Shown here piece after piece: positions 35,724 to 45,683 of a stretch of DNA of 64,000 bases. The number at the start of each line of letters is the position of its first letter. The first letter of the stretch is position 1. Source of the DNA: a virus; IMG/VR virus record IMGVR_UViG_3300045988_131485; one strand, given 5' to 3'. The position numbers were made by a program, and so were the translations under genes. The notes under the pieces are model-generated. The model ran no database searches and was not told the DNA's origin. It saw only the letters and a list, made by a program, of their open reading frames with translations.

Positions 35724-36128
35724 TTATCCATACGCAGGATCTTTCTGACGATGAAGCAAAACTTCAACCTTGGCGATCTGGTCGTCAAGTTCCTGTTTTG
35801 TTACACGTTTGGTCGCATCTTGGCCGGTTAGCTGAACATCCTTTCCATAGATCCCGTTCAGCGCCATTACCCTGCTCAGTTCCCTTTGCAGGTAAGACAC
35901 ATACATCATCTGGGCGAGAGTACGAACGGCAATACTTTTCAACTTGCCAGAAAACTCGCGTGTCTCCTCGTTATACCCGAGGTCACAGCCCAAATTCAGT
36001 TCAAAATCTGCTACCGCTGTGGATAGCCATTCTGCTTCCAATGCCTCCGGGATCTCATATTTAGTCAAAGGCATGGAGTGGAATTTTTGCTCAACGTCCG
36101 CAAAGGTCGTTTTCTTTTCGTCCGCCAT
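35724..36128 (-). CDS. Putative head-tail connector (gp6-like)
   Basis: 134-aa helical protein, assigned by position. ATG at 36128 with an AAAGGTG SD. Confidence 0.45.
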   Translation of the reverse strand: MADEKKTTFADVEQKFHSMPLTKYEIPEALEAEWLSTAVADFELNLGCDLGYNEETREFSGKLKSIAVRTLAQMMYVSYLQRELSRVMALNGIYGKDVQLTGQDATKRVTKQELDDQIAKVEVLLHRQKDPAYG

Positions 36129-36153
36129 AATCCACACCTTTTCCTTTCATCGG

Positions 36154-36621
36154 TTAGACCTTGGCAGTCTCAGCCAGCTTGCGCAGAGCGTCCACTTTCC
36201 AGGACTCCGCGTCCTCAGCGCCCACACTAAACGCCAGCTCCACAAGCATTCTCTTTTCGGCGTCGGTTTTCACCATAGCTTCCAGCTGCTCGTTGAACTT
36301 GGCTTTGGAGCGAATAGCCAACAGTTCCTTAACACTTTCCTCATTCAAGAGGATAGGCGCGGAAACTTCGGTGTCACCCAGGCCGAACAGCTCCTTACGC
36401 TTTGCCTCGTCCACGATCTGAATACGGGCATGATTGCCCATACCATCAGTGCCGGTAAACATCACGTTGCCGGTTTGGATCTGAGCCAGAACCTCCTCTT
36501 CGGAGAGGAGGGGAAAATTCCGAGCTTTGCCCGGAATTGCGATATCGCCCTGCCCCGCCAGACGCCGGAAGCCCAGAGGCCAGGAGCAAAGGTTGTTTAC
36601 CAGAACATTATTCGTTTTCAT
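36154..36621 (-). CDS. Hypothetical head-region protein
   Basis: Trimmed to the ATG at 36621 with AAAGGGGA upstream. Confidence 0.45.
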   Translation of the reverse strand: MKTNNVLVNNLCSWPLGFRRLAGQGDIAIPGKARNFPLLSEEEVLAQIQTGNVMFTGTDGMGNHARIQIVDEAKRKELFGLGDTEVSAPILLNEESVKELLAIRSKAKFNEQLEAMVKTDAEKRMLVELAFSVGAEDAESWKVDALRKLAETAKV

Positions 36622-36646
36622 AACGATTCCCCTTTGATTGAAATTA

Positions 36647-36670
36647 GGGGAGGGGTTTGTGCCCCTCCCC
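36647..36670 (-). terminator. Hairpin after the major capsid gene
   Basis: GGGGAGGGG-loop-CCCCTCCCC perfect 9-bp stem with a weak U-tract. Confidence 0.55.
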
Positions 36671-36710
36671 GTTTGCGCCGTCATTCAGGCATAAAAAAAA
36701 GACCTCTCAC

Positions 36711-37817
36711 TTAAAAAGTGGGAGCATCAAAGTTCGTATCGGAGATCAGACCGATCTGATCTTCCATGCCCTCGGCAACGCCTGCGCCGAACTCCATATC
36801 GAAGCGGGTCAGGTGCTGACGGGTTACGATGTCGTCGCCAGTCATGGTGGTCAGTCCGCCACGCAGGAAGACCTGCAGAGGAGACACAGAACCACGAGGC
36901 AGGAAGAACAGCAGACCCTGGGGCATATACAGGTCATAATCGGTACCGTCCTTGTTCAACTGAGTCCAGTTGATCGCGTTGGGCAGCTCGGTTACGAAAG
37001 CACCGTTGTACATACTTACCAGACCAGTCTGGCGGATTTCCTCGGCAACAATGTTGTTGGCGTAGCGGATCTCATCGGCGGAGAACTGCTTGAAGCCAGC
37101 GAAGTCGTTGAACTGAGACACTACGCTGTAATCGCCGGCAATGTTGACCTTACCATAGCGACGCATGGACTTGAGCATATTGTCAACGGCGGTCTTGGTG
37201 ATGCCGTTGTCCTCAGCGAAATGCTTCACACCCTTGGCGTTTTTCAGGGCGTTGTACAGAACGGTCATGACGTAGTAGGTCATCTTGTTCTGCATATCAA
37301 TCTGCACTTGGTTCATACCCTCACGGATATTGCCGTCGAAGTTACCGTTCTGAAGCTCGCGGTAGTCAACAGCAAAACCGGCAGAGATGGTCTGGGTGCC
37401 GATCGGATACTCACGCCAATTCACAGCGGCGAAGGGTACGTCGCTGCTGGATGCCTGGAATCGAGAATCGATGCTCTCGTATCCGTAGGTCTTCATCATG
37501 GGAGCCTCGTTGTAACCGATCCGGCGATATGTGCCCATGAAGTCGAACAGGCGAACAACCTCCAACAGCTTCGGCTCAATAGAGAACCGGATGATGGAGT
37601 TGATTTCGCTACGGGCGGCATTATCGCCGTCGATAGCCTTGCTGGACAGCTCTTTGATGGTTGCCACGCTCTTGTCCAGACTCTTGTCGTCAACCTCGGG
37701 GCGCTTACCGGCGCTCAGAGCAGAAAATACCTCCACGATCTTGGAGTTCTGCTTGACACGACCAGTATTCACATCAGCCTGAGCGTTGCTCATGTTGATT
37801 TCATAAATCGTGCTCAT
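36711..37817 (-). CDS. Major capsid protein (lambda E-like position)
   Basis: 368 aa, follows the scaffold and decoration-like genes and is followed by a strong hairpin. GAGAGGGA SD. Confidence 0.7.
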   Translation of the reverse strand: MSTIYEINMSNAQADVNTGRVKQNSKIVEVFSALSAGKRPEVDDKSLDKSVATIKELSSKAIDGDNAARSEINSIIRFSIEPKLLEVVRLFDFMGTYRRIGYNEAPMMKTYGYESIDSRFQASSSDVPFAAVNWREYPIGTQTISAGFAVDYRELQNGNFDGNIREGMNQVQIDMQNKMTYYVMTVLYNALKNAKGVKHFAEDNGITKTAVDNMLKSMRRYGKVNIAGDYSVVSQFNDFAGFKQFSADEIRYANNIVAEEIRQTGLVSMYNGAFVTELPNAINWTQLNKDGTDYDLYMPQGLLFFLPRGSVSPLQVFLRGGLTTMTGDDIVTRQHLTRFDMEFGAGVAEGMEDQIGLISDTNFDAPTF

Positions 37818-37840
37818 CGTTTATCCCTCTCTTTCTCTTC

Positions 37841-38302
37841 TTACTGCACGCGGACAACGACGAGGACGCCCTTGCCCATGTATGCGGTCTTCTTCGTAAC
37901 CTCGAAGTACACCTTGTAACCGGTTACGTTGGCGCTCTTAGCGAGCAGGCCATCCGTACCAAAGACCAGCTTATCGCCAACAGAGATGCCGGCATAGTCG
38001 GTGCTGATCTCATAGCTGGCAAACTCCATCTCCAGATTTGCCACAGTGGTCAGGTCGTCGGCGCGTACCTTCTCGCCGGCCTTGACCGTCAACGTCTCCT
38101 CGAAATTACGCATTTCGGGCTTGTCGTTGATATTGCTCACGATGCGGAAGCAAGCCTTAGCCTCCTCCTCAGAGGCGGGCAGGTTGGCAGTACGAGCGGC
38201 GCGATTCAGCACCACACCCATGCCGACCTTCAGATCGACGGCGGCATTAACGTCGCCAACGTTCTGCACGTTCTTGTAGTAACCAATCGTCTTAGCCTTC
38301 AT
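37841..38302 (-). CDS. Putative head decoration protein
   Basis: 153-aa beta-rich protein directly upstream of the capsid gene (lambda D/E-like order). Confidence 0.4.
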   Translation of the reverse strand: MKAKTIGYYKNVQNVGDVNAAVDLKVGMGVVLNRAARTANLPASEEEAKACFRIVSNINDKPEMRNFEETLTVKAGEKVRADDLTTVANLEMEFASYEISTDYAGISVGDKLVFGTDGLLAKSANVTGYKVYFEVTKKTAYMGKGVLVVVRVQ

Positions 38303-38319
38303 TGTTTTTCATCCCTTTC

Positions 38320-39519
38320 TTAAAATACGTCCACGTCGGCGGGGTCGGTGTTCTCCTTCTTGCCGGCGTCATCCGTCATGCCAAATACGTCAATCTGGCT
38401 GGCGGCATTGGTTTCTGCGATTTGACTCTCACGAGCCGCCTGCACCATAGCGGTGCAGATCTTGCCAACGATACTGTTGATCTCTACGCTGCCGGGATTG
38501 GAATTGAAAGCGTCGATATCTTCCTTGGCAACTGCACGTTGCTCCTCGGTGTAGGGGGCCAGTGCAGCATTCAGTTCTGCCACAGCAGCGGCGTTCTGCA
38601 TTTCGGTGATTTTGGCATTAGCCTCAACGAGGCTGGCCTCTGCCGCTTCCTTCGCGGCGTTAGCCTCAGTCAGTCCGGCCTCTGCCGCTTCCTTCGCGGC
38701 GGCTTCCTTGTCGTAATCCGCCTGAAGCTGCTTGATATCAGCCTCCTTCTGTGCGATGTCAGCTTTCAGCTGGCTAATCTCAGCCAGAAGCGTGTCAACT
38801 TTGGCCCAATACTCCTCCCACTTGGAGTTGACCTCAGAGACAGCACCAGTCACAGCCGCCATCAACTCGTTCTTGGTCTTCTCGTCCATTGTTCCATCCT
38901 CCTTGTCCAGTTTTTTATTATTTAGCTCCATTACGATGGCGGCTTCATCAGCCGGCTTAACACTGAGAATCGCATATCCGCTGTAATCGTAATACTGCGG
39001 AACACGACCTTCCTCTTTCCAACCGCCGGAGTAAATAATGTATCCATCGTGCTCGGGCTTACCCACAATTTCCACGGAACCCTTAACAACAGAGTCCGCC
39101 ATATTTTCGCGGAGCCAAGCAACAAACTTGGGATAACGCATTTCATCCAGCGTTCCTTCTGCTACCAAGCAGCGTTTAGTAACGCCTCCGATTTCTACGT
39201 CATCCACATACGCCTTGTCGAAGTGTCCAACCATAGTGGCGTCTTCAAACAAAGGCAGCTTATCCTCCTCCCGTACATCCGTCATACCGTGGTTGTATGG
39301 AACGTCCCGATCTTCGGTCAAAAATTCCGCTACAATCGACATTCCGACAACGGAGTGGAGGTTAGCTTGAACATATTCCTCTTTCCACGAGATTCCGTTT
39401 TCCTGCCAACGAGTGTTATCAGGGAAGATCTCATGCAATACAACCTTGATAGGTCGTCTGCCGGCAATCTTATTTTCACTGGAGATCTCATAGATAGGGG
39501 CAAAAGCTCTCTCAGACAT
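38320..39519 (-). CDS. Scaffolding protein (possibly protease-scaffold fusion)
   Basis: The C-terminal half is an Ala/Glu/Lys coiled coil (AEISQLKADIAQKEADIKQLQADYDKEAAAKEAAEA...). Located between portal and capsid. Confidence 0.6.
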   Translation of the reverse strand: MSERAFAPIYEISSENKIAGRRPIKVVLHEIFPDNTRWQENGISWKEEYVQANLHSVVGMSIVAEFLTEDRDVPYNHGMTDVREEDKLPLFEDATMVGHFDKAYVDDVEIGGVTKRCLVAEGTLDEMRYPKFVAWLRENMADSVVKGSVEIVGKPEHDGYIIYSGGWKEEGRVPQYYDYSGYAILSVKPADEAAIVMELNNKKLDKEDGTMDEKTKNELMAAVTGAVSEVNSKWEEYWAKVDTLLAEISQLKADIAQKEADIKQLQADYDKEAAAKEAAEAGLTEANAAKEAAEASLVEANAKITEMQNAAAVAELNAALAPYTEEQRAVAKEDIDAFNSNPGSVEINSIVGKICTAMVQAARESQIAETNAASQIDVFGMTDDAGKKENTDPADVDVF

Positions 39520-39531
39520 ACTCTCACCTCC

Positions 39532-41202
39532 TTATCCTGACGGAGAGGGGCTTGCGTTAGCATTATTAGCCTTTGTAGACTCTGTGCTTGAATTGACCGG
39601 AGGATCGCCACCGGTGCTCTTGTCCACATCACCGTCAGGCGCATCCTTACCGGTAACAGTGAACGAGGTCTTATGCACAGGGTACTTGTTCTCAAAGTCT
39701 TCATCCAACTCAAGATCCATAAGAGAGAGGTAGTCATCCACGTCAAACCCTGTAGATGCAATCCATGCCATCAAGCTGCCCTTTCCACGGGCATACAGGT
39801 CAGAGAAAAACTTCACCTGTTTTTCTCGATTGACAAAAGTAATGGGAAGCACCCGGAACTCCACCCGGTAGCTGCCGTCCCTGATTACGTTGTAATTCAA
39901 GCACTTGTTCAGCTCTTCCACCAAAGCCTCAATCCACGTGAATACGTTATTCGCAACGATTTCCATATTCAGTGTGGCCGTGGCATAGTTACCCGTAGAA
40001 CTGCCACTCAGAGCAGCAGCGGCCACGCCGATGTCCTCATTCACATCCTCTTTGATGGCATTTTCGTTTTCCTCATTCAAAAGGGAGAGATCAACCGGAA
40101 GCCGATCCATCTTTGTGCCAGAAGCCAAAGAGAAGAATGATACACCGTTTGTGTTGCTGCGTTGCGTCAGCGCTTGCTTGACTGTGTTATGCTGGTTTTC
40201 TTGCTGTGACTGAGACAGAGCAGATGTACCCTTGTCCTTTCCCTCGGGGAAAGTCTCATAGTAAATCTGGTTATTGACCGTATCCAACACACGCCGCTTC
40301 GTATTGATGAAGTATTTGGCGTAGTCGATATCGTCCAACGCGGCTACTGCAAAAGGCACACCGTACGGATCGTTCTGTCCGCTCTTGATCTTGGTTACAA
40401 TCGTCTTGCGCCAGTCCAGTCTCTGCCAGCACGCACCATCCGGGAACTCTCCATTGGAATATCTGCGCCATCCTTCTTGAATCTGACGAGGGAAGCCTTG
40501 CAGCTTACGCTTACGATCTCCCTCTGTCATGGCGCTAAAATACCGCAGGTCAAACGCTACTTCGTAACAGTTGTTCCTGCGGCCAATGATTCTTGTATAT
40601 TCTACCGGCAAAGAAATAACAACACAGTTGACGCCGGCTGAGTTAATCTCGGTGATGCCTTGGATATCAAGATCAGTCAGCGCAAGCCGATCGTCTACTG
40701 GTACTGTTCTCGTCTCCATGTACCCCACGTACATACCCTCATTGGCATCGTGGAATAGACCGTCACGAATAACCTCCTTGTAGCGCATCGACCGGAGCAC
40801 GCTGGTCATCTTGTCCATGCTGGCACGATACCCTTTACGGGAGCCTCCCGCTTTCTTGGGCTTAACAACTACCACATAATCAAGGGAGTGAAGACTAACC
40901 AGGCTATCAATAGCTGTCGTCACCGTGCCGTTTGAGTAATACGCCCACTTCGCCCATTGACGCAATTCAGAGATGTACTGCATAGGATCTCTCGCCATTC
41001 GCGTGATTTCTTCCATGGAATACGGTGCCGTACATTTCGTACCGTAGTTGACCACGTTCAAATAAGACGAACCCAAACGCGTGTTGAACTCATAGGTCTT
41101 GTCGTCCTGCGGCGCACTGTTTACTTGCGACATAGGTACTGCGGCCTGCGTTTCAGATTGATTCCGGCCCATAATCCGACCAAAGAATGATTTTCCTGCC
41201 AC
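39532..41202 (-). CDS. Portal protein
   Basis: 556 aa immediately downstream of the large terminase. GTG start with AAAGGAGGTG SD. Confidence 0.75.
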   Translation of the reverse strand: MAGKSFFGRIMGRNQSETQAAVPMSQVNSAPQDDKTYEFNTRLGSSYLNVVNYGTKCTAPYSMEEITRMARDPMQYISELRQWAKWAYYSNGTVTTAIDSLVSLHSLDYVVVVKPKKAGGSRKGYRASMDKMTSVLRSMRYKEVIRDGLFHDANEGMYVGYMETRTVPVDDRLALTDLDIQGITEINSAGVNCVVISLPVEYTRIIGRRNNCYEVAFDLRYFSAMTEGDRKRKLQGFPRQIQEGWRRYSNGEFPDGACWQRLDWRKTIVTKIKSGQNDPYGVPFAVAALDDIDYAKYFINTKRRVLDTVNNQIYYETFPEGKDKGTSALSQSQQENQHNTVKQALTQRSNTNGVSFFSLASGTKMDRLPVDLSLLNEENENAIKEDVNEDIGVAAAALSGSSTGNYATATLNMEIVANNVFTWIEALVEELNKCLNYNVIRDGSYRVEFRVLPITFVNREKQVKFFSDLYARGKGSLMAWIASTGFDVDDYLSLMDLELDEDFENKYPVHKTSFTVTGKDAPDGDVDKSTGGDPPVNSSTESTKANNANASPSPSG

Positions 41203-41217
41203 TTGTCTTCACCTCCT

Positions 41218-43023
41218 TTAATTACAAAGTGTTACGTATTCATACCCGGAGCTATCCGAGAAAAGATCCGCCTCCAAAAGTGAAACGAAATAGTTGCCAT
41301 AAGATACTGATGTATACCGGTCTTTCCGCGCACCTGGGCGTTCCTCAATCTTAATGAGGTTGGTCTGGTTCTGCACAGTATACTCCAACCCAATCATCTC
41401 ATTGATCAACGCCACTGTCTCAAGGAAAGGACGCTCATAGAAAAGTTGGGTATCTACATCGGCAGAGACATACTCAGGATACAAGCGCTGCAATTCTTCA
41501 ACGCCCTCTTGGTTGCTTACCATGAGTTCGATCATCCGGTTATTCAAACTATCCCGCATAGAGACAGCAATTTTGCTGTTCAGCTCCAAGGACGCCTTAA
41601 CCGAGAATACCGCCTCTTTCTGGCCTGCAATTACGATACGAGCTTTCAGCTTATCATCGTTCATACACGTCCAAGGTTCGTATTCTACGTTCCGATCTAC
41701 GTCATAAAGCACTTTAGCCAAAGCGTCGTAAATAGCGACACCCGCGTTTCGTGTATCCAAAACGCAATAATCCGCCTCAAAGTCAGCGAACAGCTGCTTA
41801 ATGCGAATGGCTTGTTTTGTCGTTTCAAATTCTGCCTGCGGCTCCATATAGACTACCTGCCGACGATATCCCTGCTTGACCTCAATATGATCTCCGCTGG
41901 TATCTGAGACCTTATACTCCTTGCTCTCAGGGAGAGCACGAATGCAAGTAAATACCGAGTTATCGTTGCCGGTACCGCCCTCCGGGGCAATATCGCACGC
42001 GATAATACGGATTTCTCCTGCCTGTTTGGGAATTGTGTGCTTTGCCTTGACCTTTGACAGTACGTCCTCGTTCTTCCTTGGATAAAACGGACGTTTCAAC
42101 ACGCGGTTCTTGTTCAGCATATCGTAGGTGAAGTAAGCATGAGCATTCTCGGCCACCATCTGATTTTCATACTCAATCGTCCAGGCAACCCTATCCAGCT
42201 TCTTTCGCTCCTTCACCAAGAAGTCACGGGTTTTAATCTCGTGCTTCAAAGCGATGCTGTAATCCATACCAATCAGAACAGATTTGCCCTTGCCCAACAT
42301 ATCGCGGGTCACGAGCTTCATGTAGTCCCACATCCAGTGAGATTTGTACCATGCAGAGCTGATATAGATTTCTTTCGGTTCCTCTTTCAGTTCTTTGTAC
42401 TCGTCGGGGTACTTGATTCTGAACGGAATCTGCCGCTGGAACAGCGTAGGAGAAAGAACCGTGTCGATAATGCTTTTCACAATCATACGGAACTCTTCAT
42501 AAATGAAGACTGTAGCACGGTATCCACGCACATTCTCATTGGCAACCAATACAACAATAGAGCTTCCGTTATTAAACTTCACTTCGATATCGTTCTGGTT
42601 GTCCTTGATGGTCTTAATCTCCTGTTGAAGCAACGGAGATCTTGGCAAAATCTCTTTGGCGATTTTTTCTGATACGATCAATCTCGCCTGCTTTTTTGTC
42701 GCCGAAGCTACGACGATCAATGATCCAGGCCGCAAAATTGCTTCTTTACAGGCATAGACCGCAATGATAAATGACTTTGCCGCACTACGAGCGGCCACAA
42801 TGCAGATACTCGGAAAAATATCCATCAGATACAAAATGATGTGCTGATAGAGATACAGTGTGATTCCGAAATACCGCTGCACAAAGCGGCTGGGATTCCT
42901 TCGCCAAAACGTTATCCAATCCAATAGCTTTTTGACAAACTCAGGGTCGTTCAATTTGCTATTGGGTGAGAAATGTTCATGAACGTGTTTTTGCCGCCCA
43001 TCCATCAACGCTTCGTAATCCAT
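41218..43023 (-). CDS. terL: Terminase large subunit
   Basis: 601 aa. Walker-A-like VAARSAAKS, Walker-B-like VFIYEEF, and a C-terminal nuclease-like half. Confidence 0.8.
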   Translation of the reverse strand: MDYEALMDGRQKHVHEHFSPNSKLNDPEFVKKLLDWITFWRRNPSRFVQRYFGITLYLYQHIILYLMDIFPSICIVAARSAAKSFIIAVYACKEAILRPGSLIVVASATKKQARLIVSEKIAKEILPRSPLLQQEIKTIKDNQNDIEVKFNNGSSIVVLVANENVRGYRATVFIYEEFRMIVKSIIDTVLSPTLFQRQIPFRIKYPDEYKELKEEPKEIYISSAWYKSHWMWDYMKLVTRDMLGKGKSVLIGMDYSIALKHEIKTRDFLVKERKKLDRVAWTIEYENQMVAENAHAYFTYDMLNKNRVLKRPFYPRKNEDVLSKVKAKHTIPKQAGEIRIIACDIAPEGGTGNDNSVFTCIRALPESKEYKVSDTSGDHIEVKQGYRRQVVYMEPQAEFETTKQAIRIKQLFADFEADYCVLDTRNAGVAIYDALAKVLYDVDRNVEYEPWTCMNDDKLKARIVIAGQKEAVFSVKASLELNSKIAVSMRDSLNNRMIELMVSNQEGVEELQRLYPEYVSADVDTQLFYERPFLETVALINEMIGLEYTVQNQTNLIKIEERPGARKDRYTSVSYGNYFVSLLEADLFSDSSGYEYVTLCN

Positions 43024-43026
43024 AAC

Positions 43027-44022
43027 TCACTCCTCCGAATCAGACAGGCTAAATTCCTTGTCCAGTTCCTTAGAGCCGGTCAATAGATTGCGAAGAGGTC
43101 TGGTCATGAACCGCTCAATATACTCCTTCAAATGATCGAAGTCCGCATACAGCTTCTTGTCCTTGTAATATTCAGCCGGACAAAACTCCTCGATATCTCG
43201 AATCATTTCTCCCAAAGGACTCAGCTGCTTTTCAGCCTCAGCCTTTTTCTTCCGGTCTTCGATCTCAGTAGTAGCTGCGTCAATCTGCGACTTGTAGCTA
43301 TTCGCAGCCGTACCAATGTTGGAATCCCCCTTCTGAAGCAGCTTCCGCAGGTTGAGCTTCATAAAGCAGATCGAAACGTACAGCTCCTCCTGCCGCTTAT
43401 CCATCGGCTCGCCGTATCGCTTTACCCAATCCTGATACTCGTACTGCATAGAATCGTAGTCGCCAGCATCAAAACCGACACCAAACCGGCGCACAACCTC
43501 CTCGGGCGTCTGGATGTCGTCATTTTTTGCCACATCCTCCACCGTAGGTGCGTTTTCCACATTGGCTTCCCAGCGCCGCACCAATGTATCAGAGTAGGTC
43601 GTTGCTCCGTCTACCTGGCTCAAATTCAGTCTGGAAATATAGGTACTGATCCGATTGCGACTCTTTCCATTGCGGCTCTCACTGATCTTTCGTGACGACG
43701 CCCAGATATCCAAATCAAAGTACATATCCGTGATCTGGCAAATCCGCTCTGCCGCCGCATCTTCGTCTCCGTCATAGAACTTTACGTACTGTTCGTAAAG
43801 CTCTGCAACGCAGTTCTTACAGATAGAGACAAAGCCGTTGTTGCCCTTATAAATAGGGGACTTTGAACGGCCAAAATTAGTCTCCTGTTTTTTGTACTTG
43901 TGGCCGCAGCAGGTACAGCGATATTCTTCATCGCTGATTACACGCGGCTCAACTTCGGTAGGCTTCGCATCTTTCACTACCTTTTGCGTAGCCGGTTTCA
44001 TCAGCTGTTTCTTTGCCGCCAT
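43027..44022 (-). CDS. Putative terminase small subunit / DNA-binding packaging protein
   Basis: Upstream of terL, with a CxxC...CxxC zinc motif. ATG at 44022 with AAAGGAGG 8 nt upstream. Confidence 0.4.
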   Translation of the reverse strand: MAAKKQLMKPATQKVVKDAKPTEVEPRVISDEEYRCTCCGHKYKKQETNFGRSKSPIYKGNNGFVSICKNCVAELYEQYVKFYDGDEDAAAERICQITDMYFDLDIWASSRKISESRNGKSRNRISTYISRLNLSQVDGATTYSDTLVRRWEANVENAPTVEDVAKNDDIQTPEEVVRRFGVGFDAGDYDSMQYEYQDWVKRYGEPMDKRQEELYVSICFMKLNLRKLLQKGDSNIGTAANSYKSQIDAATTEIEDRKKKAEAEKQLSPLGEMIRDIEEFCPAEYYKDKKLYADFDHLKEYIERFMTRPLRNLLTGSKELDKEFSLSDSEE

Positions 44023-44047
44023 GTCCGCGACCTCCTTTCTATATGAC

Positions 44048-44080
44048 AAAACCTCGGAGTCTTTGGACTTCCGAGGTTTT
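44048..44080 (-). terminator. Hairpin between the tRNA island and the packaging genes
   Basis: 11-bp perfect stem AAAACCTCGGA/TCCGAGGTTTT ending in U residues. Confidence 0.5.
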
Positions 44081-44101
44081 GTCAATCGTTATTATTTCTT
44101 C

Positions 44102-44177
44102 TGGTGCGCCTGAAGGGATTTGAACCCCCGACCCACGCATTAAAAGTGCGCTGCTCTCCCAACTGAGCTACAGGCGC
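44102..44177 (-). tRNA. tRNA-Lys(UUU)
   Basis: Cloverleaf folded by hand. Anticodon loop CUUUUAA. CCA encoded. Confidence 0.9.
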
Positions 44178-44564
44178 ATATGTTGTATGAAGTGACTCCA
44201 CTCCCGGCCTCACCACACACCTTTACCTTGGATTCCGACCGCCACTCACAGCCGTGATATGTTATCTCAATCAGGCAATAATTCCGATTTGCACGGTTAC
44301 TACACTTATTTATCCTCCATTGCTGACTACCATTAGAGGGGCATACTTTCCCAGGCTCACGAAGTCCCGTTGGGGTATGCCAGCCCGCCGCACTCCTGAT
44401 CGGCTTGCCGCTTTGCTTACAGCGTTTAGGTTGGTCTATCGCGTTTTGCCTGCGCCGGACTTTCACCGGAGGGAGCGACCCCAATCTACCTGCACACGGC
44501 CAATTTTTATTTTACCGACGTGTCAGAGCCGTCACACGTCATCATAGGTAGTATCCTTACGGAC

Positions 44565-44640
44565 TGGTGGGATGAGAAGGAATCGAACCTCCGACGCGCA
44601 GGGCTTCAACCTGCCGCTCTTCCAACTGAGCTATCATCCC
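44565..44640 (-). tRNA. tRNA-Phe(GAA)
   Basis: Anticodon loop UUGAAGC, GGTTCGATTCC T-arm, CCA encoded. Confidence 0.9.
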
Positions 44641-44780
44641 ATAGCGCTACGCATTTTTGTTTATCGGCATTGCACAGGACAGCGTAGCAAAGTCCACCGT
44701 CCCCTATCGCTGGAACCGCGCCGCTTTCGTACCGTTTGTCTTGGGGTCGTTAGAAAGCAGTAAATATCAACACATCCCGT

Positions 44781-44873
44781 TGGCGGCGGAAGTAGGACTC
44801 GAACCCACAAGCCGCTCATCACGACCAACAGTTTTCAAGACTGCTCCCCGCACCTACTGGGGTCAATTCCGCC
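44781..44873 (-). tRNA. tRNA-Ser(UGA), type II
   Basis: Perfect acceptor stem, loop CUUGAAA, long variable arm, CCA encoded. Confidence 0.8.
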
Positions 44874-44884
44874 ACTTGTAAAAT

Positions 44885-45055
44885 TTAGGCACACATTATT
44901 TTTTCAAGCTGATCGTACCCAACCCGAGCTGCCCATTCTGCGTGCTCAAAGAACACAACAGCCTTTCCATGATCGTCTCGAATGTATAGGCAAAGTGTTT
45001 TTGCTCCATTCACCGGGGACACATAATACATTAAAGATCCAAACGGGAACTTCAT
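44885..45055 (-). CDS. Hypothetical small protein inside the tRNA island
   Basis: 56-aa ORF from the ATG at 45055. Weak SD. Confidence 0.3.
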   Translation of the reverse strand: MKFPFGSLMYYVSPVNGAKTLCLYIRDDHGKAVVFFEHAEWAARVGYDQLEKIMCA

Positions 45056-45126
45056 TGAATCACCCACTCGTCAATTTGAACCCGACCTTATTTCAGTTGC
45101 ATATCGGGTAGCAACAAATATTTGTA

Positions 45127-45213
45127 TGGTAGGGGAGGTGGGAGTCGAACCCACTCAGCTCGAAAGCAACGGTTTTACAGACCGCCCCAGCTCTCCAACT
45201 CTGGCGCTCCCCT
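45127..45213 (-). tRNA. tRNA-Tyr(GUA), type II
   Basis: Loop CUGUAAA, long variable arm, CCA encoded. Confidence 0.85.
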
Positions 45214-45232
45214 ATATTTACTATTCTTATAT

Positions 45233-45308
45233 TGGTGCGGGTAGAGGGGGTTGAACCCACGACCTTCTGATTAAGAGTCAGCTGCTCTACCAACTGAGCT
45301 ATACCCGC
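45233..45308 (-). tRNA. tRNA-Lys(CUU)
   Basis: Loop CUCUUAA, CCA encoded. Confidence 0.85.
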
Positions 45309-45311
45309 ATA

Positions 45312-45387
45312 TGGAGCTGGTGGACGGACTTGAACCCCCGACCTACTGATTACAAATCAGCCACTCTACCGACTGAGCTACACCAGC
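45312..45387 (-). tRNA. tRNA-Thr(UGU)
   Basis: Loop UUUGUAA, CCA encoded. Confidence 0.9.
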
Positions 45388-45390
45388 ATA

Positions 45391-45466
45391 TGGAGCTGAC
45401 ACAGAGACTCGAACTCTGAACCTATTGCTTACGAAGCAACCGCTCTACCATTAGAGCTATGTCAGC
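45391..45466 (-). tRNA. tRNA-Thr(CGU)
   Basis: Loop UUCGUAA, CCA encoded. Confidence 0.9.
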
Positions 45467-45467
45467 A

Positions 45468-45545
45468 TGGCAGGGGTTGAAGGACTTGAACCCTCACCTA
45501 CATCGGTTTTGGAGACCGGAGTGCTACCAATTACACCAAACCCCT
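45468..45545 (-). tRNA. tRNA-Trp(CCA)
   Basis: Loop CUCCAAA, CCA encoded. Confidence 0.85.
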
Positions 45546-45552
45546 ATAAAAA

Positions 45553-45629
45553 TGGCGACGTGTACGGGACTTGAACCCGTGACCTCCGACGTGACAGGCC
45601 GGCACTCTACTCTTCTGAGCTAACACGCC
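45553..45629 (-). tRNA. tRNA-Asp(GUC)
   Basis: Loop CUGUCAC, CCA encoded. Confidence 0.9.
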
Positions 45630-45683
45630 ATATACAGCAACCTTATGGTTGCATTTTTATTTTGCAACCAATTTAGGTTGCTT

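Noticed and set aside
44178-44564. RNase P RNA or cobalamin riboswitch identity for the 387-nt gap
   Set aside because: Only GGUGAAAGUCCGG and a CR-IV-like stretch resemble RNase P. The ACAGAAnCCGGCUUA block and P4 pairing were not found. The B12 box (GCCACUG) is absent and there is no downstream gene to regulate. It is kept only as an unassigned ncRNA candidate.
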